From Candidatus Omnitrophota bacterium (GTDB lineage: Bacteria; Omnitrophota; Gorgyraeia; 2-01-FULL-45-10), in assembly GCA_020057115.1 (NCBI GenBank), contig JAGVGJ010000002.1, forward strand, positions 857-64,856: 64,000 nucleotides of DNA. The letters run 5' to 3'. The position numbers and the translations under genes were made by a program. Below are positions 1 through 10,747 of this stretch, piece after piece. The notes beneath the pieces were generated by a model, which saw only the letters and a program-made list of their open reading frames with translations, was not told where the DNA came from and did no database searches. Position 1 is the first letter of the stretch, and each line of letters opens with the position of its first letter.

Positions 1-465
1 GCTATTTCCGACTACAACAAAGTCATGGAGATCGCCCCCGGAGCTACCGACGCATTGTATGGCCGCGGGCTCGCCTATTATAAAAAGAACGATATAAAAC
101 AAGCCATAGTTGATTTTAATAAAGTAATAGAGATGAGGCCTGAGTTCCCCCTAGCATATAGCGCCCGGGCGATCGCATATTTTGCGAAGAAAAACTATGG
201 CCAAACTCTTGCGGATGTGAATAAAGCTATATCATTGGGATTCAGGCAGCGGCCTTTAAAAGAGGCCCCGGAAGAAAAACTCTCGGCCGCTGCGGCCAGC
301 CCAGAAAAGAGCCAGCTATCCACGCCGATAAAGGGGTCGGAGAAGTCGAAGGCCTGGAAAGCAAAAAAACGATTGGCGCAGATAAAGATCTGCACCCTTA
401 CCGCTTTACTGATCGCCTGTCTGGGCGCGATCTTTATATTGTTACAAAATAAGCGCAACCAATAA
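1..465 (+). CDS. TPR-repeat protein with C-terminal membrane anchor (5' partial)
   Basis: Frame is open from base 1; TPR pattern (ALYGRGLAYY...AIVDFNKVIE...AYSARAIAYF); hydrophobic C-terminal segment. Confidence 0.8.
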   Translation, partial: AISDYNKVMEIAPGATDALYGRGLAYYKKNDIKQAIVDFNKVIEMRPEFPLAYSARAIAYFAKKNYGQTLADVNKAISLGFRQRPLKEAPEEKLSAAAASPEKSQLSTPIKGSEKSKAWKAKKRLAQIKICTLTALLIACLGAIFILLQNKRNQ

Positions 466-474
466 GGAGAGAAG

Positions 475-861
475 ATGAAGAGGTTGATCGCCGGATTAGT
501 ACTATTGCTTCTTGCCGCATCGAGCGGCTACGCTGAAACCATCGTCTTCGAAGGCTCGCCGCAGATGGCGAACTACTCTTCGCCCGAAGAGACTTTCAAC
601 ATGACTCTCACCGTGCGCGACCAGACTAATTATAGATGCGTGATCATAAAAGAGGGCGGCAAATACTTCTGGCTTTCCCGCGAGATGAAACCATTGAATC
701 ACGTCAAATCCGGGATGTTCGATTATTTCGTCAACCCAGATGGTGACGGCTATATAAAAATAGCGAAGATGAAGGACGGCACATACGCCTACATGGAAAC
801 GATGAACGTGACCTTCAGGGTAGTGACCTACTGGGGCATCGTAGATAAGTTTGAGCCATAA
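475..861 (+). CDS. Hypothetical secreted protein
   Basis: AAGGAG RBS; signal peptide MKRLIAGLVLLLLAASSGYA. Confidence 0.7.
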   Translation: MKRLIAGLVLLLLAASSGYAETIVFEGSPQMANYSSPEETFNMTLTVRDQTNYRCVIIKEGGKYFWLSREMKPLNHVKSGMFDYFVNPDGDGYIKIAKMKDGTYAYMETMNVTFRVVTYWGIVDKFEP

Positions 862-865
862 TAAT

Positions 866-1693
866 ATGCCATTATTTACTGTTAATAAAGACAAGTGCCC
901 GGGGGATGGTAAGTGCGCTGCCGTCTGCCCGGTCAGAATAATAAAGATAGATGAAGCTACCCGCCTGCCTGCTGTAATAGAAGGCAAGGAAGAGCTCTGC
1001 ATCAACTGCGGTCACTGCGTCGCGATCTGCCCTAAAGGCGCCCTGTCACTCACATCAATGCCAGTCGATTCTTGCGAGCCCTTAAAGCCGGGCTGGAGGC
1101 TTGGGCCCGAAGCTGTAGAACAATTCATAAAGGGCAGGCGCTCCATCCGGACATACAAAGACACTCCCGTACCAAGACAGACCCTCGAAAAACTTATAGA
1201 CATAGCCCGTTACGCTCCTTCAGGCATCAACAGGCAGCCTGTCTATTGGGCTATCATAGATGACAAGGATAAGGTCCGCAGACTGGCCGAATTGACGGTC
1301 GAGTGGATGCGCACCCTTATTAAAGAAGGCTCGGAGCTCGCCGCATCGCTCCGTTTCGAAAATATCGTAAAAGCATGGGAAAAGGGAAATGACCGCGTTC
1401 TTCGGGGCGCACCGGCAACCATAATAGCATACGGCCTGAAAGACGACCCGATGGCGCCGCAGGCCTGCACTATAGCGCTCACATACCTGGAGCTCGCCGC
1501 GCTTCCGTTCGGACTAGGGACATGCTGGGCGGGATACGCGCACATGGCGATAAACATGTATCCCGACGCCCAGAAGTTCATCGGCCTTTCGAAGAGGACG
1601 AGTTCGTTTGGCGCTATGATGGTCGGCTATCCAAAGTTTGAATATTGCAGGATACCTATGCGCAATAAACCGCACATTAAAGAGGTGGCGTAG
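866..1693 (+). CDS. Nitroreductase family protein with N-terminal 4Fe-4S dicluster domain
   Basis: CPGDGKCAAVCP and CINCGHCVAICP; RRSIRTY, APSGINRQP and GLGTCWAG nitroreductase motifs; start could be 851. Confidence 0.9.
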   Translation: MPLFTVNKDKCPGDGKCAAVCPVRIIKIDEATRLPAVIEGKEELCINCGHCVAICPKGALSLTSMPVDSCEPLKPGWRLGPEAVEQFIKGRRSIRTYKDTPVPRQTLEKLIDIARYAPSGINRQPVYWAIIDDKDKVRRLAELTVEWMRTLIKEGSELAASLRFENIVKAWEKGNDRVLRGAPATIIAYGLKDDPMAPQACTIALTYLELAALPFGLGTCWAGYAHMAINMYPDAQKFIGLSKRTSSFGAMMVGYPKFEYCRIPMRNKPHIKEVA

Positions 1694-2716
1694 ATGAGGC
1701 GCTTTTCGATGCTTTTCATAGCCCTGTCGATAGCGGTTGCATTAACCGGCTGCAAGGGCGCTCCAAAAGGCACATTGAGTGAGACTAAAAATAAAGAGGG
1801 CATCCGCGAAGGCCGCATCATTGTCAAGGGTGGCAATGTCTGGTATAAGATAGTAGGAGCGGATAAAAATGGCGTCCCTTTAATAGTCGTTCACGGCGGG
1901 CCCGGAATGTCTCATGATTATTTGGAGCCGCTACAGGCTCTTTCCGACGAGCGGCCCGTGATATTCTATGACCAGCTTGATTGCGGCAATTCAGCAAAAC
2001 CAAAAATGCAATACAACTGGACCTTGAAACGCTCAACAAAAGAACTCCACCAGGTAAGAGACGCCCTCAAGCTGAAAAAAGTACACATACTTGGCCATGG
2101 GTGGGGAACTATGGTAGTCGCTAACTACATGCTTTTCGAGCAAAAACCCGACTGGAAAATACCCGTCGGCGTAGTCAGCATCGTATTGTCAAGCCCGCGC
2201 TTTAGCGCGACATATTTTATAAATGACCAGAAAAACTATTTCAAAAACGAGTTTACGCAAGCCGCGCTTGACGTAATGGCAAAGGCTGAAAGTACCGGGG
2301 ATTTTAGATCCAAGGAATACCTTGAGGTAACTGACCTATATTATAAACGCCATCTCTGCCGGCTAGACCCTTGGCCGGAAAGCCTGAAGAGGGCTTTCGA
2401 AAAAATGAACCGCCCTCTTTATGAATATATGTGGGGGCCCAGTGAATTCACCATGACAGGCATGCTCCGCAATTATGAATATTTCCACCGGCTGGCTGAT
2501 ATAAGGGTCCCGGCCTTGTTTACCTGCGGGCAGTATGATGAAGCCGCTCCTGCAACTACAGCCCAATACCGCTCCCAGTTACCGGGAGCAGAGATCGCGT
2601 TTTTTAAGGATGCGTCATCCAACCACCATCTCGAGAAACCAATTGAATACATAAAGAAAGTGCGGGATTTCCTCAGAAGAGCTGAAGCTGAGGCCGCCGG
2701 AAAGAGATGGTTTTAA
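1694..2716 (+). CDS. Proline iminopeptidase-family alpha/beta hydrolase, lipoprotein; nucleophile motif atypical
   Basis: HGGPG, FYDQL, MWGPSEF and GQYDE motifs; lipobox LTGC; GHGWG in place of GxSWG. Confidence 0.8.
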   Translation: MRRFSMLFIALSIAVALTGCKGAPKGTLSETKNKEGIREGRIIVKGGNVWYKIVGADKNGVPLIVVHGGPGMSHDYLEPLQALSDERPVIFYDQLDCGNSAKPKMQYNWTLKRSTKELHQVRDALKLKKVHILGHGWGTMVVANYMLFEQKPDWKIPVGVVSIVLSSPRFSATYFINDQKNYFKNEFTQAALDVMAKAESTGDFRSKEYLEVTDLYYKRHLCRLDPWPESLKRAFEKMNRPLYEYMWGPSEFTMTGMLRNYEYFHRLADIRVPALFTCGQYDEAAPATTAQYRSQLPGAEIAFFKDASSNHHLEKPIEYIKKVRDFLRRAEAEAAGKRWF

Positions 2717-2717
2717 A

Positions 2718-3485
2718 GTGCGCTCTATAGAAAAAGAACATTCGATATTGATCGATACGCCGAATGGGGATGAGGCGCTAATAGGCTTTACAAAACCGAC
2801 CATAAGCGGCGATCCGTCCGAAGACGCGCCGAAAGCTCTCTCTTTAACGGCAGGCGCTTTCGGCACAAGCTTCATGAAGCAGGTCCACGGCGCTGATATA
2901 AAGCTAGTGGACCGCCCCGGACAATATACATGCGATGGCATATTTACGGCAGCGGAAAAACTTGCGCTCTTCGTAAAAACGGCTGACTGCCTCCCTCTAT
3001 TATTTTACAGTAAGGAGAAGGGCGTCACGGGCGCAGTTCACATGGGCTGGCGCTCCGCGAAGGACGGGATACTCGAGAATATCCCGTTCGGCCTGTCGTC
3101 ATTCGAGGTGATCGCAGGCGTCGGGATGCGAGACTGCTGCTATCAGGTCGGCAGTGAATTCCTCGATCACGGACGGTTCAACGGCTTCGTAGGCATGCGG
3201 GAAGGCGTGTATTATTTCGACCCTGTCGGATTCGCCCGAACGGAATTAATCAAAAAAGGGTTATCTGAAAAAATGTTTTTCGATTATAATATATGCAGCC
3301 ATTGTTCGGCAGATGGCTACTTTTCGCACAGGAAGAATGCGACCAATAACAGGACATTATCATTTGTCATGAAACTAGGGGGCATGGGTCCAGGGTCCGG
3401 AAAAAAGGAGAATGAAGATGAAAAAGATCCTCGGAGCAGCAGCTGTAGTTTTCTCGGTCTTATTTATTTTTGGCCTTGCGGATAA
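2718..3485 (+). CDS. YfiH/PgeF polyphenol oxidase (laccase-domain) family protein
   Basis: QVHG, CDGIFT, TADCLP, HMGWR, CCYQVG and FSHR motifs; C-terminus overlaps the next gene. Confidence 0.8.
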   Translation: MRSIEKEHSILIDTPNGDEALIGFTKPTISGDPSEDAPKALSLTAGAFGTSFMKQVHGADIKLVDRPGQYTCDGIFTAAEKLALFVKTADCLPLLFYSKEKGVTGAVHMGWRSAKDGILENIPFGLSSFEVIAGVGMRDCCYQVGSEFLDHGRFNGFVGMREGVYYFDPVGFARTELIKKGLSEKMFFDYNICSHCSADGYFSHRKNATNNRTLSFVMKLGGMGPGSGKKENEDEKDPRSSSCSFLGLIYFWPCG

Positions 3486-4440
3486 TTGTCATGCTGCGGC
3501 TAAGCCCAAGAAGATAAAGATAGGCGTGTCGCTCCCCACCCAGAGGGATGAGCGGTGGGTGAGGGACGCCCAGAAGATGAAAGAAGTGGCTGCAAAGGAT
3601 CCCACGATCGATCTCAAGATGCAGATCTGCGATAACGACGCTTCAAAGCAAATGTCGCAATGCGAGAACCTCATCGCCCAGGGCATAGACATATTGATCC
3701 TGGCCCCGCACGACGCTACAAGCGCAGCTGCCATAGTTGACGAAGCCAAGGCAGCCGGCCTTAAGGTCATCACATATGACAGGCTAGTCCTCGATTCTGA
3801 CGTAGATCTTTACATATCTTTCGATAACAAGGAAGTCGGACGCCTTATGGGCAAGTACCTGACAAATGTTGCCCCAAAAGGCAATTATATAGTCCTGGCA
3901 GGCTCGCCGACAGATAACAACGCTAAGCTGTACAGGGAAGGCGCGCTGGAATTCATAAAACCTTTAGCCGATAAGGGCGACATCAAGATCGTGACGGACC
4001 AGTGGATAACCGACTGGCAGCCGACGATCGCCATGAACCTGGTGCAGAACGCCCTTACAGCGAACAATAACAAGATAGACGCGATCCTTGCGCCCAATGA
4101 CAACACGGCCGGCGGCGTGATCCAGGCGCTCGAGCAGGTAGGCCTGGCAGGCAAGGTCCCCATAACCGGACAGGATGCCGAGGTTACCGCTGCCCAGAGG
4201 ATAGTAAAAGGCACGCAGACCATGACTGTATATAAGGATACCAGGGAACTGGCGTCGGAAGCCATCCAGGCAGCCATCAAGATGGTAAAGGGAGAGCCTG
4301 TGGCATCCAACGCGACCCTCAATAACCGCAAGAAGGATGTTCCGTCGATCCTCCTTAAGGCGCAAGTGGTCGATAAATCAAATATCGATAAGGTGCTGAT
4401 AGATTCGGGATACTTGAAGAAAGAGGATGTTTATAAATGA
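3412..4440 (+). CDS. xylF: D-xylose-type sugar ABC transporter substrate-binding protein
   Basis: Signal peptide; ERWVRD, YDRL, ISFDNKEVG, GSPTDNNA and TGQDAE motifs of the XylF/ChvE family. Confidence 0.85.
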   Translation: MKMKKILGAAAVVFSVLFIFGLADNCHAAAKPKKIKIGVSLPTQRDERWVRDAQKMKEVAAKDPTIDLKMQICDNDASKQMSQCENLIAQGIDILILAPHDATSAAAIVDEAKAAGLKVITYDRLVLDSDVDLYISFDNKEVGRLMGKYLTNVAPKGNYIVLAGSPTDNNAKLYREGALEFIKPLADKGDIKIVTDQWITDWQPTIAMNLVQNALTANNNKIDAILAPNDNTAGGVIQALEQVGLAGKVPITGQDAEVTAAQRIVKGTQTMTVYKDTRELASEAIQAAIKMVKGEPVASNATLNNRKKDVPSILLKAQVVDKSNIDKVLIDSGYLKKEDVYK

Positions 4441-5957
4441 TGAATGACTTTATTCTCGAGATGAAGGGGATACACAAGGAATTCCCCGGCGTCAAGGCGC
4501 TGGACGATGTCACGTTCAGCGTCAGGAAGGGCGAGATACACGCGCTCGTCGGCGAGAATGGCGCGGGAAAGTCCACGCTCATGAAGATATTGAGCGGCGT
4601 CTATACTGCCGGAACATACGACGGGACAATAACCATATACGGTAAACCGCGCGAGTTCAAGACCATACGCGACGCCGAGAATGCAGGCGTCGCCATCATC
4701 TATCAGGAGCTCGCACTGATAAAAGAGATAAGCATCACCGAGAATATAAATCTTGGAAATGAGATAGAAAAATTCGGCGTAATCAACTGGGACGAAGAGT
4801 TCTTGAAAGCCGATAAAGCTATCAAGCAGGTAGGCTTGAACGTCAGTCCCGCTTATCCCGTATCGGTCCTCGGCGTCGGAGAGCAGCAGCTTGTCGCGAT
4901 AGGAAAGGCCCTGTCGAAGAAAGCAAGGATACTAGTCCTGGATGAACCGACGGCGGCGCTTTCAGAGGGCGAGTCCGAAAAGCTCCTGCGCATCCTCAAG
5001 CAGCTGCGCGACGACGGAGTGACATGCATCTACATATCGCACCGCTTAAAAGAGGTATTTGAAATAGCCGATACGATCACTATCCTCAGGGACGGGAAGA
5101 CAGTCGCCACAAAGAAAAAGACGGAGCTTGACGAGAATAAACTGATAGCCCTGATGGTCGGCCGCGAACTTACCAACGTCTATCCGCGAAAACCCCACAC
5201 GCCCGGCAAGGTCATCATGGAAGTGAAAGATTGGACAGTCTATGACCCTTCCATCAACAAGGTCATAGACCATGTTAACTTCACGCTGCGAGAGGGCGAG
5301 ATACTGGGGATGGCCGGCCTCGTAGGCGCAGGCAGGACGGAGCTGGTCATGAGCCTGTTCCATGTCTGGGGCAGGCAGGTTGCAGGAAAGATATATCTCG
5401 AAGGGAAAGAGCTGACATTAAAGAACGCGGGTGACGCCGTACAGGCGGGGATAAGCCTCGCATCGGAAGACAGAAAGCGATACGGGCTGATATTAAGCGA
5501 GGATGTCTGCAAAAATATATCGCTCGCAAGTCTCAAGAAGATAGCGAAGAACAGCATCGTTAATGAGAACGAGGAGATAAGGAGTGCTGAGAAGTACCGG
5601 ACAGAACTCAAGATCAAGACGCCGACCATAGAATCAAAGGCGGAGACCCTTTCCGGAGGCAACCAGCAGAAAATAGTCATCGGCAAATGGTTAATGACGA
5701 TGCCCAAGGTCCTCATACTGGATGAGCCGACAAGGGGAATAGATGTCGGCGCCAAGGTCGAGATATATAATATACTTAACGAGCTTGTCGACCACGGAGT
5801 CGGCGTCATCATAATCTCATCGGAACTGCCGGAGATGATTGGCATGGCCGACAGGATACTGGTCATGCATGAGGGAAGATTCACGGGCGAGCTCATGGTC
5901 AAAGAAGCCACACAGGAGAAGATAATGTATTACGCTACGGGAGGTAAGGATAAATGA
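4437..5957 (+). CDS. xylG: Sugar ABC transporter ATP-binding protein (double NBD)
   Basis: GENGAGKSTL, LSGGNQQK and LDEPTRGIDVGAK. Confidence 0.9.
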   Translation: MMNDFILEMKGIHKEFPGVKALDDVTFSVRKGEIHALVGENGAGKSTLMKILSGVYTAGTYDGTITIYGKPREFKTIRDAENAGVAIIYQELALIKEISITENINLGNEIEKFGVINWDEEFLKADKAIKQVGLNVSPAYPVSVLGVGEQQLVAIGKALSKKARILVLDEPTAALSEGESEKLLRILKQLRDDGVTCIYISHRLKEVFEIADTITILRDGKTVATKKKTELDENKLIALMVGRELTNVYPRKPHTPGKVIMEVKDWTVYDPSINKVIDHVNFTLREGEILGMAGLVGAGRTELVMSLFHVWGRQVAGKIYLEGKELTLKNAGDAVQAGISLASEDRKRYGLILSEDVCKNISLASLKKIAKNSIVNENEEIRSAEKYRTELKIKTPTIESKAETLSGGNQQKIVIGKWLMTMPKVLILDEPTRGIDVGAKVEIYNILNELVDHGVGVIIISSELPEMIGMADRILVMHEGRFTGELMVKEATQEKIMYYATGGKDK

Positions 5958-7087
5958 AAGTTAAACATAGCAATTTAGCGACGCTCAGGAAATTCACAAT
6001 GCTTATAGCCCTCGTCGCCATATGGCTGATATTCACGGTCATGACGCAGGGGATATTCATCACGCCGAGAAATTTGTCAAACCTATTCATCCAGACTGCG
6101 ACGGTCGCCATACTCACCATAGGCATGACGCTCGTCATCGTGACGAGGAACATAGACCTCTCCGTAGGATCTGTCGCGGCATTTGCCGGCGCCGTAGCAG
6201 CCTTCCTGCAGGTCAAGATGGGATTGCCTACGAGCGTAGCTATTACGACGACTCTCGGCGTGGGCCTCCTGATCGGCGCCTGGCACGGCTTCTGGATAGC
6301 ATATCAACTTGTTCCCGCGTTCATAGTAACTCTTGCCAGCATGATGATATTCCGCGGCGCGGTCCTCGGCGTTACTAATGGCGCCACGATCGCTCCCCTT
6401 GCAAATGCCTTCAAGGCGATAGGCCAGCATTATCTGCCGCCCCATATCGCTATAGTTATCGGCATACTGGCCATAGCATGCTATATATTTTTCGATATAC
6501 GCAAACGGCTGAAACGGAAGAAATACGGCTTCGCCGTTCCTAAGCTCCCCATAGCGCTCCTCAAGATCACGGCCATATGCCTGGCGATAGCCGCTTTCTT
6601 TACGATACTTGTAGTCAACAGGGGAATACCGTACGCAGTGCTTCTGGTCATGGGGCTAGCGCTCGTTTTTAACTTCATCGCCCAGCACACAGTATTCGGC
6701 AGGCAGCTATATGCCATAGGCGGCAACCCGGACGCCGCGACGCTCTCAGGCGTGGACATCAAGAAGCGGGTGATGTGGCTATACATCATATTCGGCGCGC
6801 TGACAGCATTGGGCGGCCTTGTCCTGACGGCGCGTCTTAACGCCGCCACTACCTCGGCCGGCCAGGGCCTTGAACTAGACGTCATCGCGGCAGCGGTCAT
6901 AGGCGGCACGAGTCTCATGGGCGGCGAGGGGACGATACTCGGCTCCGTCATAGGCGCGCTCATCATGGCAAGCCTTGATAATGGAATGAGCCTCATGAAC
7001 ACTAACGTCACATACCAATTCATGATCAAAGGCCTCATACTTCTGTTGGCTGTCTGGATCGACATTGCGACCAGGAAGAATTCATAG
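5954..7087 (+). CDS. xylH: Sugar ABC transporter permease
   Basis: IDLSVGS, YAIGGN and ELDVIAAAVIGGTSL; multiple TM segments; operon context. Confidence 0.88.
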   Translation: MKVKHSNLATLRKFTMLIALVAIWLIFTVMTQGIFITPRNLSNLFIQTATVAILTIGMTLVIVTRNIDLSVGSVAAFAGAVAAFLQVKMGLPTSVAITTTLGVGLLIGAWHGFWIAYQLVPAFIVTLASMMIFRGAVLGVTNGATIAPLANAFKAIGQHYLPPHIAIVIGILAIACYIFFDIRKRLKRKKYGFAVPKLPIALLKITAICLAIAAFFTILVVNRGIPYAVLLVMGLALVFNFIAQHTVFGRQLYAIGGNPDAATLSGVDIKKRVMWLYIIFGALTALGGLVLTARLNAATTSAGQGLELDVIAAAVIGGTSLMGGEGTILGSVIGALIMASLDNGMSLMNTNVTYQFMIKGLILLLAVWIDIATRKNS

Positions 7088-7113
7088 CTCACTTTGCACA
7101 AAAATTCGCGATC

Positions 7114-7629
7114 ATGCCAAAGAACCTGATAATAGCCATATTGACGGCGGCCATCCTGGCCGCCGCGCCCGCAGCATCTTTTCCCGACGACAAAGATACC
7201 ATCTGCGAAGAAAGCCTCCAGCATTATAAGGATGGGATGGATTTTTTTGAGCTTGGCCTCTTTGAAAAGGCAGGGGCAGAATTCACCAGAGCCATAGAGA
7301 TCAGCCCTTATTTTGCCGAAGCCTATGTGGCGCTAGGGAATGTGTATTCTATATTTCGCCGATATGACAAGGCGATCGGATGTTACAGAAAGGCGATAGT
7401 GCTCAATCCCAATATCAGCGAAGCTCATATGGGCATCGGAATGGCGGCCGTATATGAAGGGGATTATCAGCTCGCGGCTAGCGCCTACCAGCATGCCATC
7501 CAGATAAATTATAACAATGCCAAGGCATACCTCTTCCTGGGAAAAGTCAATAAGCTGATGGGTGATGACAAGAGCGCGGAAGAGAATCTCGGTAAGGCCA
7601 AGGAATTATACGATAAAGATAAGAAGTAA
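7114..7629 (+). CDS. Secreted TPR-repeat protein
   Basis: Signal peptide plus 3-4 TPR repeats. Confidence 0.8.
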   Translation: MPKNLIIAILTAAILAAAPAASFPDDKDTICEESLQHYKDGMDFFELGLFEKAGAEFTRAIEISPYFAEAYVALGNVYSIFRRYDKAIGCYRKAIVLNPNISEAHMGIGMAAVYEGDYQLAASAYQHAIQINYNNAKAYLFLGKVNKLMGDDKSAEENLGKAKELYDKDKK

Positions 7630-7641
7630 CCCTCGCGGCTT

Positions 7642-9309
7642 CTAGGCAGCCCTTGCCTGGCCCAACATCTCCTCGGCATGGGTGATAGAAATAGAGCTCT
7701 CCTTTTCACCGGACATCATCTTTGCAAGCTCCTTCACGCGCGCTCCTTCATCAAGAAGCCCTACTGCGGTCGTGGTGCGGTTATTCTCCACCTTCTTAGT
7801 TACTTTAAAATGCGACTCGGCGAATGACGCGATCTGGGGGAGATGGGTTATGAGGATGACCTGCCTGTCTCTCGAAAGCTCGCGCAGCTTCTTGCCGGTT
7901 ATGGTCCCGAGGCGCCCGCCTATCTGAGAGTCTATCTCGTCGAATATGAGTACAGGCATTGGGTCGACTTTTGTAAGGGCCTTCTTAAGCGCCAGCATGA
8001 CGCGCGCCGCTTCGCCCGACGACACTATTTCCGCAAGCGGTTTTAAGTCCTCGCCGGCGTTAGGGCTGATATAGAATATTACCCTGTCCTGCCCCGCGGG
8101 ACCGAGCTCAGCCTTTTCAATGCGGCATTCGAACCTCACGTTCTTTATGCCGAGCTCTTTCAATTCTTTTTCGATAGTCTTCTCGAGGTCCTGAGCCGTC
8201 TTCTTCCTGGCGCCCGTCAGCTTCTTGGCGATATTTATAAGGTCCGATTCGATCTCTTTGATCCTCCCGCGGAGCTCGGCATCATTATGCTCAAGGTCGG
8301 CAAGAAGACCATAGCGTTTTTTTGCCGCATCATAGAGATTCTTTGCATCCTCGATGGCGGGGCCGTATTTGCGCTTTATCTCTTCGTAGATATCGTATCT
8401 TGCCCTTATGTCACGCGCCTCGTCCGGCTCGAAGGACAAAGACTCCAGATAGCTGCGCAGTTCATTTATCAGCCTGTCGTTAGATTCCTGCAGTTGGGCA
8501 AGCGTTTCGGCGAAGGCGCGCGAACCCTCATCCAGACTATTCAATGTCTTCATGGGGCCGAATGCCTTGGATATCGCTTCGCCGATCCCGGTCTCGGCAT
8601 TCTCAAATATCTCGATCATCCGGGAAGCGTTCTCGTAAAGCTGTTCGGAGTTTTTAAGACGCTTCTCTTTTTCTAGAAGCTCTTCATAGCGGCCTTGGTC
8701 CAGCTTCACGCGCTCGAGCTCCTTTATCTGGTGGGCGAGAAGGTCCAGCTCGCGCTCCTTCGTAGCAGCGCTCGCTTTTATCTCCTCGAGGGCTTTACGA
8801 GCTTCGGCATATTCGCCGTATACCTTTGAGTAGGCGCCCTTAAGGGCGCCGAGATCGCAGAGCCTGTCGAGTATCTTTATGTGTGAGTCCTCGAGGAGGA
8901 GCATCTGATGGTCATTCGGACCGTGAAAATCGACCAGGTGGTTTCCGACCTCCTTAAGCTGGGAGACGGTAACGGACATGCCGTTTATCTTTATCCTTGT
9001 CTTGCCATCCGGAAGATGGGAGCGGCTTATGATGAGCGGCTCATCCTTGCCGGCAAGAAATTCCGATATGGCGGGATTCTCGCGGAGCTCTCTTTTCGAA
9101 AGCTCAAATACAGCCTCGACGACGCACGGCTTGGCCGCATCCCGCATCTGGTTTTGGTCGAGCCGCTCGCCGAGGGCATAGCGCAACGCGTCTATGACTA
9201 TGGACTTGCCGGCGCCGGTCTCCCCGGTAAGGATGTTAAGCGCAGGGGATAACTCAAGAGAGATCTTGTCGATGAGCCCGAAATTCTGTATGGTAAGCTG
9301 GCATATCAT
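7642..9309 (-). CDS. recN: DNA repair protein RecN
   Basis: LTGETGAGKSI Walker A; coiled coil; LIFDEID and ITHLPQIA. Confidence 0.95.
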   Translation of the reverse strand: MICQLTIQNFGLIDKISLELSPALNILTGETGAGKSIVIDALRYALGERLDQNQMRDAAKPCVVEAVFELSKRELRENPAISEFLAGKDEPLIISRSHLPDGKTRIKINGMSVTVSQLKEVGNHLVDFHGPNDHQMLLLEDSHIKILDRLCDLGALKGAYSKVYGEYAEARKALEEIKASAATKERELDLLAHQIKELERVKLDQGRYEELLEKEKRLKNSEQLYENASRMIEIFENAETGIGEAISKAFGPMKTLNSLDEGSRAFAETLAQLQESNDRLINELRSYLESLSFEPDEARDIRARYDIYEEIKRKYGPAIEDAKNLYDAAKKRYGLLADLEHNDAELRGRIKEIESDLINIAKKLTGARKKTAQDLEKTIEKELKELGIKNVRFECRIEKAELGPAGQDRVIFYISPNAGEDLKPLAEIVSSGEAARVMLALKKALTKVDPMPVLIFDEIDSQIGGRLGTITGKKLRELSRDRQVILITHLPQIASFAESHFKVTKKVENNRTTTAVGLLDEGARVKELAKMMSGEKESSISITHAEEMLGQARAA

Positions 9310-9391
9310 TTGACCTCATAGTATCAAAAAAAATTATCTTTGTGAAGAATAATATATTTATGATATACTTATCAACCGTGGGGGATAAAAG

Positions 9392-10687
9392 ATGAAGTCG
9401 AAGGGCATGGTCTTCATATCCGCAGTCGCGCTTGCGGTCATTATCGCGCTATCGCCGCATCTGGGCGCCGAGGCGCCTAAGGGCCCTAGCATCGTCCAGG
9501 TGAAGGGGACCGAGCTCATCGTCCAAAAACGCCTTGAGAACGGCTCGCTCGACCAGCCGAAGGCCTATTTAATGAAAGGCGTGACATGGTCTCCCGCGAC
9601 CCGCGCGCCGGATGATGGCCCGGACCCGGCAAACGCCGCGAAGATAGTGCCTTACGGGTTCTTCTTCGACTGGCCCGGCCGCGCGCCTCAAGGACGGACC
9701 ATATTCCGTTCCTGGCTGATACAAGAGACCTCCAGATACTACAAGACCGACATCCCTCTCATGAAAGAGATGAACGCGAACACCGTGAGGGTCTATGACG
9801 GCTTCGGCGAAAGCCCCGAAGTCAACAAGGCCATCCTCGACGAGTTCTACAAGAACGGCATAATGGTCATAATGGCGATAGCGGCGTCAAAAGATGATAT
9901 CGAGACATACAGATACCTGCGCATAGTGAAGATGTGCAAGGACCATCCGGCGATACTCGTGTGGTCGCTCGGCAATGAATGGAACCTGGAATACAATAAA
10001 TACTACGGATACGAGACCGTCGCGGATGCCGCCACAGCCACCGAAGAAGCTGCAAAAACCATAAAGAAGATAGACCGGAATCATCCGGTAAGCTCCTGCC
10101 TCGGCGACCGCTTTGAAGACAAGGATCCCAAAAATACGGTAAAGTGGATCGTGAAAAAATGTCCGGATGTCGATGTGTGGGGGCTCAACATCTACCGCGG
10201 CATGAGCCTGGGCGACCTTTTTAAAAGATGGCAGGCGACTACGACTAAACCTTTATACATAAGCGAGTTCGGAATAGATTCATTCGCCACAAAGACCTAT
10301 AAAGTGAGAAATGAGATTTATGCGGCGGATATCAAGGGCGGGGAAGACCAGGATGCCCAGGCGACATGGAACATAAAGATGTGGAATGACGTGGCAAAAA
10401 ATCTTTCGGCCGTAAATCCCAAGAATGTTTGCATAGGGGGCATCGTACATTCTTTTAACGATTCCCTGTGGAAGGTAGGCTCATACCATGTATTGCTGGG
10501 AGACCTCATAAATTACAATGACCCGCAGGAAGGCACGAGCTACTCTACCTATAACCCCGAAGGGTTGATCATGAAGGGCTCATTCCCGGATGACGTCGCG
10601 AACGAGGAATACTTCGGCATATTCGACGCCGACCGCAAGCCCAAGCTCATCTTTTACGAGCTCCAAAAATTTTATAAAAACTTATGA
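9392..10687 (+). CDS. Secreted clan GH-A glycoside hydrolase (GH2-like TIM barrel)
   Basis: Signal peptide; MNANTVRVY, WSLGNEW (acid/base) and ISEFG (nucleophile). Confidence 0.75.
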   Translation: MKSKGMVFISAVALAVIIALSPHLGAEAPKGPSIVQVKGTELIVQKRLENGSLDQPKAYLMKGVTWSPATRAPDDGPDPANAAKIVPYGFFFDWPGRAPQGRTIFRSWLIQETSRYYKTDIPLMKEMNANTVRVYDGFGESPEVNKAILDEFYKNGIMVIMAIAASKDDIETYRYLRIVKMCKDHPAILVWSLGNEWNLEYNKYYGYETVADAATATEEAAKTIKKIDRNHPVSSCLGDRFEDKDPKNTVKWIVKKCPDVDVWGLNIYRGMSLGDLFKRWQATTTKPLYISEFGIDSFATKTYKVRNEIYAADIKGGEDQDAQATWNIKMWNDVAKNLSAVNPKNVCIGGIVHSFNDSLWKVGSYHVLLGDLINYNDPQEGTSYSTYNPEGLIMKGSFPDDVANEEYFGIFDADRKPKLIFYELQKFYKNL

Positions 10688-10747
10688 TCGCTTGCATTTT
10701 ACGTGCAGGATAGGTATAATTAATACCGGATCGGAGGAACATACAAA

